From the IMG/VR virus record IMGVR_UViG_3300011888_000053: 5,814 bases of DNA; one strand, 5' to 3'. The position numbers and the translations under genes are program-made. The notes under the pieces are model-generated. The model saw nothing but the letters and a program-made list of their open reading frames with translations, had not been told where the DNA came from and made no database searches. This DNA is from a virus (taxonomy: Duplodnaviria > Heunggongvirae > Uroviricota > Caudoviricetes). The number at the start of each line of letters is the position of its first letter. The first letter of the stretch is position 1. Positions 1 to 4,566 of the stretch are shown here, one piece after another.

Positions 1-192
1 ATGCACAAAGCATCTCCTGTTGAGTTAAGAACGAGTATTGAGATGGCACATAGCCTTGCTCAAATTGGAGTCAGGTTTGTGCCAATACCAGTAGAAACAG
101 ACGAAGAATTTCATACGTTAGCCACATCCCTTTCACAAAAGCTGGAAATGATGGTGGCGAAAGCAGAAGCAGATGAGAGAGACCAGGTATGA
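1..192 (+). CDS. Hypothetical prophage protein (63 aa)
   Basis: ORF starting with ATG at position 1; stop TGA overlaps the ATG at 189 (ATGA). No family recognised. Confidence 0.45.
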   Translation: MHKASPVELRTSIEMAHSLAQIGVRFVPIPVETDEEFHTLATSLSQKLEMMVAKAEADERDQV

Positions 193-272
193 CAACCACT
201 GAATGCATTTTTCTGGCCGCGGGCTTCATATTCTGTGTGCTTATGCTTGTCGACATGGGGCTTGTTCAGTGA
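189..272 (+). CDS. Possible small hydrophobic membrane peptide (27 aa, MTTTECIFLAAGFIFCVLMLVDMGLVQ)
   Basis: ATG at 189 overlaps the stop of the upstream ORF (ATGA); purine-rich stretch GAGAGAGA upstream; single predicted transmembrane-like hydrophobic core; its stop overlaps a GTG at 269 (GTGA). Below the ORF-track size cutoff, so hand-translated. Confidence 0.25.
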   Translation: MTTTECIFLAAGFIFCVLMLVDMGLVQ

Positions 273-616
273 CACCTCAGCAGGAAAACGCCCTTCGCAG
301 TATTGCCCGTCAGGCTAATTCTGAAATCAAAAAAGCCAGACAGCAGTTTCCGGATAAAAACGTCGATGACATTTGCCGTAGCGTACTGAAGAAGCACCGC
401 GAAACGGTAACGCTGATGGGATTCACACCGACTCATTTAAGCCTGGCGATCGGCATGTTAAACAGCGTCTTTAAGTTATGGAGCTACAGGCTCCTTTTTT
501 ATTATTCGCATTTACCCTCAAGCGTATTAACCAACAATTCAGGGATTAATGAAAGATGGCAGACATCATTGATTCAGCATCAGAAATTGAAGAATTACAG
601 CGCAACACAGCAATAA
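269..616 (+). CDS. Hypothetical protein (start uncertain: GTG 269 or ATG 203)
   Basis: Open frame 203..616 in the ORF track. ATG 203 has no obvious Shine-Dalgarno, whereas GTG 269 has GGGG 8 nt upstream and overlaps the stop of the small ORF. The C-terminal about 45 aa overlap the TraR-like gene and look low-complexity, so the true 3' end is doubtful. Confidence 0.35.
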   Translation: MTPQQENALRSIARQANSEIKKARQQFPDKNVDDICRSVLKKHRETVTLMGFTPTHLSLAIGMLNSVFKLWSYRLLFYYSHLPSSVLTNNSGINERWQTSLIQHQKLKNYSATQQ

Positions 617-777
617 AAATGCGCCGCCTGAACCACCAGACTATATCTGCCACTCATTGTTGTGAGTGTGGCGATCCCATAGATGAGCGAAGACGCCTGG
701 CCGTTCAGGGTTGTCGGACTTGTGCAAGTTGCCAGGAAGTTCTGGAGCTTATCAGTAAACAGAGAGGTTCGAAGTGA
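556..777 (+). CDS. TraR/DksA-family C4 zinc-finger protein (phage-type, 73 aa)
   Basis: 73-aa protein with a four-Cys motif (CCEC...CRTCASC) and a GDPIDERRR segment, matching the size and pattern of phage/plasmid TraR-like zinc-finger proteins. Confidence 0.8.
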   Translation: MADIIDSASEIEELQRNTAIKMRRLNHQTISATHCCECGDPIDERRRLAVQGCRTCASCQEVLELISKQRGSK

Positions 778-1249
778 GCGAAATTAACTCTCAGGCACTG
801 CGTGAAGCGGCAGAGCAGGCAATGCATGACAACTGGGGATTTGACGCGGACCTTTTCCATGAGCTGGTAACACCATCGATTGTGCTGACACTGNNNNNNN
901 NNNGAACAACGCTCGTTATATCGCAGCTTTCAACCCTGAAGTAGTACAGGCACTACTGGACGAACGGGAAAGAAACCAGCAATACATCAAACGCCGCGAC
1001 CAGGAGAACGAGGATATTGCGCTAGCGGTGGGGAAACTGCGTGTTGAGCTGGAGACAGCAAAAATCAAAACTCAACGAGCAGCGTGAGTAGAAGGTGTTA
1101 TCTCGCATGGAAGTAAGCGTATTGCTGAACTGGAGGCCTGGGTTGAATACACAAGAGCTGCATACGTAAGAGCAAAAGACAAGGGAGATTTGATCAGAGT
1201 TATTACCAGCCAACCAACGGGATTTTACGCTTACGTACCATGTAATTAG
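774..1249 (+). pseudogene. Ea22-like coiled-coil protein gene, interrupted by an assembly gap and an in-frame TGA
   Basis: GTG 774 overlaps the TraR-like stop and encodes VSEINSQALREAAEQAMHDNWGFDADLFHELVTPSIVLTL. After the N-run, frame 2 reads ...LLDERERNQQYIKRRDQENEDIALAVGKLRVELETAKIKTQRAA, then TGA at 1085..1087, then continues in the same frame as VEGVISHGSKRIAELEAWVEYTRAAYVRAKDKGDLIRVITSQPTGFYAYVPCN to TAG 1247..1249 with no new start codon. Resembles the N-terminal region of ead/Ea22-like prophage proteins (from memory). Confidence 0.45.
894..903. other. Assembly gap (10 N)
   Basis: Run of 10 n characters; true length and sequence unknown, so reading frame across it is unreliable. Confidence 0.95.
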
Positions 1250-1385
1250 GAATCCTTGAAGTGGCAGCCTAACTGCGGATACACTGAAATGGCGATTTGG
1301 TAACATGTTTCGCACAAGGCTGTTACTACGCTTAGAGATAATCAGCCATGATTAAACGCTTTGTAAAAAGTAAAAGGAAATTACA

Positions 1386-2000
1386 ATGAAAAAATCAATA
1401 CTAATTTTAGGGCTTACGTTAATTGTCTCATCTCAAATACCATCGGCAATGGCAAAAAATGAATCAAAACTATGGGTTGTTGTTGATCGAACGGAAAGAC
1501 ATACCTGCCCTTCAAGTAAATGTGGAGTGGCTGGGAAACTATTTTTCAGGGAAGGCGTAGATTTTCTAGAAAAAAAAGGTGAATGGGTTCGTATAACTGA
1601 GCCATATTCAGCCTCATGTGTTGGAGGGGAAAGCGAATATATTAAAGAAGGTAATAAATCCTGCACAAGAAAAAATGGAATCGTTAATGGCAAGTTTTCA
1701 GAATGGGTTAAACTTAGTGATCTTAGCAGTGAAAGGCCATCAGATCCTGCTGAAAATGCGAGCGGAGATGATACTTTAATCAAAGGATCTGATGACTACC
1801 GTATATACAAAAAAGAGTTTTCTTCGGCAGCTAGGAAGTTAATAAATGAAGGGGTCTGCACGGAAAGCGATTTTAAGGAAATCGGAGGGTGGATGGCATC
1901 AAGCAATAAGGGTGAAAACATCTATTTCACATATTGCGGAGGAATGACGTTGTCGAACAGAATATACCTAGATGTTAAAAGTGGAAAGACTTTTAGATAA
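1386..2000 (+). CDS. Secreted Cys-containing protein of unknown function (204 aa), possible SH3b-like N-terminal domain; AT-rich cargo gene
   Basis: RBS AAGGAAA 6 nt upstream of ATG. N-terminus MKKSILILGLTLIVSSQIPSAMA is a typical Sec signal peptide with an A-x-A cleavage motif. Mature region has 6 Cys and a W-V..R..P...G-W-V-R-I pattern reminiscent of bacterial SH3 domains. Clearly AT-rich by eye compared with the flanks. Confidence 0.75.
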   Translation: MKKSILILGLTLIVSSQIPSAMAKNESKLWVVVDRTERHTCPSSKCGVAGKLFFREGVDFLEKKGEWVRITEPYSASCVGGESEYIKEGNKSCTRKNGIVNGKFSEWVKLSDLSSERPSDPAENASGDDTLIKGSDDYRIYKKEFSSAARKLINEGVCTESDFKEIGGWMASSNKGENIYFTYCGGMTLSNRIYLDVKSGKTFR

Positions 2001-2070
2001 TATGATATTACCAATAACAGTATTGATTTAATGCCTCCATAGAATTATCTCTAGGAAGTAGGTATAAGAA

Positions 2071-2106
2071 AAGCCCGCACAATGAGCTGCTGCGGGCTTT
2101 GTGTTA
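2071..2106 (+). terminator. Stem-loop terminator downstream of the secreted-protein gene
   Basis: Perfect 9-bp stem AAGCCCGCA (2071..2079) / TGCGGGCTT (2091..2099) with an 11-nt loop, followed by a T-rich tract (TGTGTTATT). Confidence 0.5.
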
Positions 2107-2150
2107 TTCGCCATATTTTATGAAGCAAATACGACACTATAGATAATTAA

Positions 2151-2293
2151 GCGTTGCTGGTTGTCGATTCCTCAATCACTCCTGTGGATGGCTCTCTTCT
2201 TGTATGTGCCATTGAAGGGGAATATCGCGTAAAAAGATACCGGAAGTATCCGCGCCGCCATGATTGTCTTTCTCCTGATGCAGGAAAAGCAGA
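2151..2293 (+). pseudogene. 5'-truncated S24 peptidase (cI/LexA/UmuD-like) C-terminal fragment
   Basis: Immediately after a TAA at 2148..2150 the frame reads ALLVVDSSITPVDGSLLVCAIEGEYRVKRYRKYPRRHDCLSPDAG, which aligns by eye with the UmuD/LexA C-terminal block (DLLIVDSAIT..GDIVIAAVDGEFTVKKL..L.P.N). The upstream catalytic Ser region (GDSM) is absent. The 2154..2471 ORF in the track is this fragment reading through into unrelated sequence. Confidence 0.45.
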
Positions 2294-2632
2294 ATGGATA
2301 AATCAGCAACAGAGCACAAAGCCGATCAGAGAGCCAAGCAAGCATCATCCGGTATGCGTAAGCTGGAGCTTGTACTTGATGCTCAGGAAATTGAAATGCT
2401 GGAGCGTAACTGTGCCACGCGTCGCTTCAGGCGTGCGCCTTGCGAGTTTGGTGAGTACATCGCGTTACTGAGCCGCCAGGATGATGCACGTGTGCGCTGG
2501 CGTATAAAATCGATCAGCAGAAAACGTTGCGGTAAGTGCGGCGAGAGAGTTCCTGTTAATTCATGCCCGTGTAATGGTGACTCACAATGCTGGGTGACCA
2601 AAGGCTGGCACGAAACAAAATTAATGATATAA
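2294..2632 (+). CDS. Hypothetical protein with putative ribbon-helix-helix-like N-region and C-terminal Cys-rich (CxxC-x9-CxC) zinc-ribbon-like motif (112 aa)
   Basis: AGGA 8 nt upstream of ATG. The segment RKLELVLDAQEIEMLERN...EFGEYIALLSRQ fits a strand-helix-helix pattern, and RCGKCGERVPVNSCPCNG is a four-Cys cluster. Backbone-like GC. Family not recognised. Confidence 0.55.
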   Translation: MDKSATEHKADQRAKQASSGMRKLELVLDAQEIEMLERNCATRRFRRAPCEFGEYIALLSRQDDARVRWRIKSISRKRCGKCGERVPVNSCPCNGDSQCWVTKGWHETKLMI

Positions 2633-2638
2633 ATCTCT

Positions 2639-2650
2639 GTGACATGTCAC
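2639..2650. promoter_or_regulatory. Perfect 12-bp palindrome GTGACATGTCAC immediately upstream of the RBS of the 2661 gene (candidate operator)
   Basis: GTGACATGTCAC is its own reverse complement. It lies 7 nt after the upstream stop codon and directly abuts the GGAGG Shine-Dalgarno at 2651..2655. Confidence 0.3.
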
Positions 2651-2660
2651 GGAGGCGGCA

Positions 2661-3089
2661 ATGAAATTAGACCAGCAATATCTAAAAGATCTACTTATCG
2701 CATTCGAAAAAACTCGTGGCCCTGACACGATGCTTAGTGAACTAGAGGATAATGGCTTTAATAGATATGACCAAGATTTTATTTTCCATATGCGATTATT
2801 ATGTGACTACGAATTAATAGTCAGGGTTGATGGAAAACCTGGGTTCGGTCATATAATGTCCAAAGCGTTAGGGGAAGGTGTTGGATATAGTTGGATCGAA
2901 GTACCACTGAGGTTGACAGCAAGAGGGCATGATTTTATTGCTGACTTACGTCAAAAGGATGTCTGGCAAGCTATAAAAACAAACTTTAAGGATGAGGGAA
3001 TTAGTACACTTATGAGTGTTTCAAAATCACTAGCAAAAGGCTTTGCAAGGAAAAAGATAAAAGATATTACAGGAATAGATATTGAATAA
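2661..3089 (+). CDS. DUF2513-like small protein (142 aa); AT-rich cargo gene
   Basis: Strong RBS GGAGG 5 nt upstream of ATG. The N-terminus (MKLDQQYLKDLLIAFEK...) and the motif LTARGHDFIADLRQKDVWQAIK match my recollection of the DUF2513 pattern (LTxEGHxFLDxIR...W). Markedly AT-rich by eye versus the upstream gene. Confidence 0.65.
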   Translation: MKLDQQYLKDLLIAFEKTRGPDTMLSELEDNGFNRYDQDFIFHMRLLCDYELIVRVDGKPGFGHIMSKALGEGVGYSWIEVPLRLTARGHDFIADLRQKDVWQAIKTNFKDEGISTLMSVSKSLAKGFARKKIKDITGIDIE

Positions 3090-3135
3090 TTCTTAGCATC
3101 AAGCAACTACTGCCTTTGGTGGAAATTATATCTGA

Positions 3136-3160
3136 ACTCGCTACGGCGAGTTTTGTTTTA
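3136..3160 (+). terminator. Rho-independent terminator after the DUF2513-like gene
   Basis: 6-bp stem ACTCGC / GCGAGT with TACG loop, followed by TTTGTTTTA. Confidence 0.6.
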
Positions 3161-3172
3161 TGGAGATGATAA

Positions 3173-3340
3173 ATGCACTTCCGAGTCACAGGTGAATGGA
3201 ATGGAGAGCCATTCAACAAAGTTATCGAAGCAGAGAACATCAACGACTGCTATGACCACTGGATGCTGTGGGCGCAGATAGCACATGCAGACGTAACCAA
3301 TATTCGAATTGAAGAACTGAAAGAACACCAAGCCGCCTGA
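3173..3340 (+). CDS. Small prophage protein (55 aa, MHFRVTGEWNGEPFNKVIEAENINDCYDHWMLWAQIAHADVTNIRIEELKEHQAA)
   Basis: GGAG 7 nt upstream of ATG 3173; stop TGA 3338..3340. Below the ORF-track size cutoff, so hand-translated. Feels like a conserved small prophage protein but I cannot name it with confidence. Confidence 0.55.
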   Translation: MHFRVTGEWNGEPFNKVIEAENINDCYDHWMLWAQIAHADVTNIRIEELKEHQAA

Positions 3341-3355
3341 TGGCGGTTTTTTATT
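3333..3355 (+). terminator. GC-rich hairpin plus T6 tract overlapping the stop codon of the 55-aa gene (terminator/attenuator)
   Basis: CCGCC (3333..3337), loop TGAT containing the TGA stop, GGCGG (3342..3346), then TTTTTT (3347..3352). Only 14 nt separate the T-tract from the next ATG. Confidence 0.45.
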
Positions 3356-3366
3356 GGAGACAAGAA

Positions 3367-3711
3367 ATGTCAGATTTGGCTATGAAGGTTTTGAAATGGC
3401 AATCGACTGGCGATGTTGGCATCAGTAGCGCAACTCTTGCCTCAATCGCATGTGGACTGAAAAAGAATATCTATGGTCATAGCTTCGGTGCTCCACATGA
3501 CGCAGCCGATTTCCGACGATGCGTTGCACTGGTTGAGCAGATCCCAGAAATCAGAGATTCATTCGACAAGGTTGCAAAGCGCGTTCCGGCATTCAAAGGC
3601 ATCCTCACCGAATGGGATTCCCTCGTTGCTCTGTTGAAGTCTGAAATGAAGATACACGGAAACAAAGCACCAGAGACTTACAGAAGAATTAGCGAGTTAC
3701 GCAAGGACTAA
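3367..3711 (+). CDS. Hypothetical prophage protein (114 aa; alternative start ATG 3340 gives 123 aa)
   Basis: GGAG at 3356..3359, 7 nt upstream of ATG 3367. The ORF track extends it to ATG 3340, which overlaps the upstream stop (TGATG) and would place the hairpin inside the coding region. No family recognised. Confidence 0.6.
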   Translation: MSDLAMKVLKWQSTGDVGISSATLASIACGLKKNIYGHSFGAPHDAADFRRCVALVEQIPEIRDSFDKVAKRVPAFKGILTEWDSLVALLKSEMKIHGNKAPETYRRISELRKD

Positions 3712-3770
3712 CCACAGCCTCACACTCGATGAGGCATTTTCATTTATCAAGATATCCAGACCTACCATCG

Positions 3771-3791
3771 CCGCATCAATGCGGTTTTTTT
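3771..3791 (+). terminator. Rho-independent terminator after the 114-aa gene
   Basis: CCGCA / TGCGG 5-bp stem with TCAA loop, followed by seven T. Confidence 0.6.
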
Positions 3792-3800
3792 ATTGCCTGA

Positions 3801-3818
3801 TTTGCAGGTTCGATTCCC
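3801..3818 (+). other. tRNA T-arm-like fragment (TTTGCAGGTTCGATTCCC) upstream of the excisionase gene
   Basis: Contains GCAGG-TTCGATT-CC, which matches the T-stem/T-loop of tRNA-Arg(CCU) (argW) as I recall it, then diverges. No D-arm or anticodon arm upstream, so not a tRNA gene. Confidence 0.4.
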
Positions 3819-3836
3819 TATTCGGAGATAGCACTC

Positions 3837-4037
3837 ATGCAACACGAACTACAGCCTGATTCACTGGTTGATTTGAAATTCATCATGGCCGATACTGGCT
3901 TCGGTAAAACCTTCATCTATGACCGGATTAAGTCCGGGGACCTGCCTAAAGCCAAAGTTATCCACGGGCGAGCAAGATGGTTATATCGTGACCATTGTGA
4001 ATTCAAAAATAAGCTCTTAAGCCGCGCCAATGGGTAA
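3837..4037 (+). CDS. torI: TorI-like recombination directionality factor / excisionase (AlpA/Xis-family winged helix), 66 aa
   Basis: MQHELQPDSLVDLKFIMADTGFGKTFIYDRIKSGDLPKAKVIHGRARWLYRDHCEFKNKLLSRANG matches my recollection of the 66-aa TorI protein of the KplE1 prophage. GGAG 9 nt upstream of ATG. Sits next to the att-like tRNA fragment, as expected for an RDF. Confidence 0.8.
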   Translation: MQHELQPDSLVDLKFIMADTGFGKTFIYDRIKSGDLPKAKVIHGRARWLYRDHCEFKNKLLSRANG

Positions 4038-4053
4038 AATAGCGGGTAAAATA
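4032..4053 (+). repeat. Tandem direct repeat GGGTAAAATA-GC-GGGTAAAATA spanning the torI stop codon
   Basis: Exact 10-bp unit at 4032..4041 and 4044..4053. Candidate integrase arm-type or RDF binding sites; function is inference. Confidence 0.35.
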
Positions 4054-4110
4054 TTTCTCACATCTAAAAAACATCATTCCAATCAATCCCCTGCCGCGCC
4101 AAGTAGATGT

Positions 4111-4125
4111 CTGCAGGGGACACCA
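4111..4125 (+). other. attR-like core: 15-nt copy of a tRNA-Arg 3' end (CTGCAGGGGACACCA)
   Basis: Matches the acceptor-stem 3' strand plus discriminator and CCA of argW as recalled (…TTCGATTCCTGCAGGGGACACCA). No complete tRNA upstream, so this is a partial duplicate typical of a prophage right junction. Confidence 0.6.
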
Positions 4126-4513
4126 GATACCCTTCAAACGAAATCTACCTTCACCCCGTAAAAGATGGGTTTGGCAGCACACTTGCCTTATATCTACTCA
4201 TTTTTACTGCAACAGGTTGAAATCTCAGCACTGTCAGAAAGCGCTGATGACTAAACAGCCCTGAGCCGGGCGATGTAACCATCACACAGAATCCTGATAG
4301 CGAAATATGGCGTGACTCGATACTTCACTCCGCAATGCATTCCTTGATGAATTCGCAGGACCGTGATACACGGGACAGGTCACTGAATGACGACAATGTC
4401 CTGGAAATCAGCGAACCGCGCATCTGAAGTACATTTGAGCGACTGTACCAGAACATGAATGAGGCGTTTGGATTAGGCGATTATTAGCAGGGCTAAGCAT
4501 TTTACTATTATTA

Positions 4514-4556
4514 TTTTCCGGTTGAGGGATATAGAGCTATCGACAACAACCGGAAA
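4514..4556. other. Long inverted repeat (TTTTCCGGTTG ... CAACCGGAAAA) 10 nt downstream of the cscB stop
   Basis: 11-bp perfect arms around a 21-nt loop that itself contains ATAG-AG-CTAT. No clean U-tract on the cscB transcript side, so only a possible terminator or protein-binding site. Confidence 0.3.
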
Positions 4557-4566
4557 AAGTTTACGT

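Larger units (their letters stand above)
1..4125 (+). mobile_element. Right end of a degraded lambdoid/KplE1(CPS-53)-like prophage ending at an attR-like tRNA-Arg 3' fragment
   Basis: Phage-type gene content (TraR-like zinc finger, Ea22-like fragment, S24 repressor fragment, TorI-like excisionase) ending at a 15-nt copy of a tRNA 3' end (4111..4125). Left boundary lies outside the window. Confidence 0.6.

Noticed and set aside
71-256. Minus-strand ORF (61 aa)
   Set aside because: Lies antisense within plus-strand coding sequence with coupled start/stop codons; low-complexity translation and no RBS; likely spurious.
1022-1315. Minus-strand ORF (97 aa)
   Set aside because: Antisense to the Ea22-like coding region; Cys/Ser-rich low-complexity translation; no supporting signals.
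1433-1783. Minus-strand ORF (116 aa)
   Set aside because: Entirely inside the secreted-protein gene on the opposite strand; the plus-strand gene has an RBS and a signal peptide and is the better call.
1333-2152. Imperfect direct repeat (TAGAGATAATCAGC at about 1333..1346 and TATAGATAATTAAGC at about 2138..2152) as target-site duplication flanking the AT-rich cassette
   Set aside because: Only a 7-nt exact core (AGATAAT) in AT-rich DNA, where a chance match is plausible; no transposase or inverted repeats nearby.
2154-2471. ORF 2154..2471 as an intact 105-aa gene
   Set aside because: Only its first about 45 codons resemble an S24 peptidase C-terminus. The remainder overlaps, out of frame, the more protein-like 2294..2632 gene. 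Treated as a truncated pseudogene fragment instead.
2383-2601. Minus-strand ORF (72 aa)
   Set aside because: Antisense within the 2294..2632 gene; no independent support.
3477-3665. Minus-strand ORF (62 aa)
   Set aside because: Antisense within the 3367..3711 gene; no independent support.
4111-4125. Possibility of a complete tRNA gene at the prophage junction
   Set aside because: Only the last 15 nt of a tRNA are present; no D-arm, anticodon arm or acceptor 5' strand upstream. Interpreted as an att-site duplicate.
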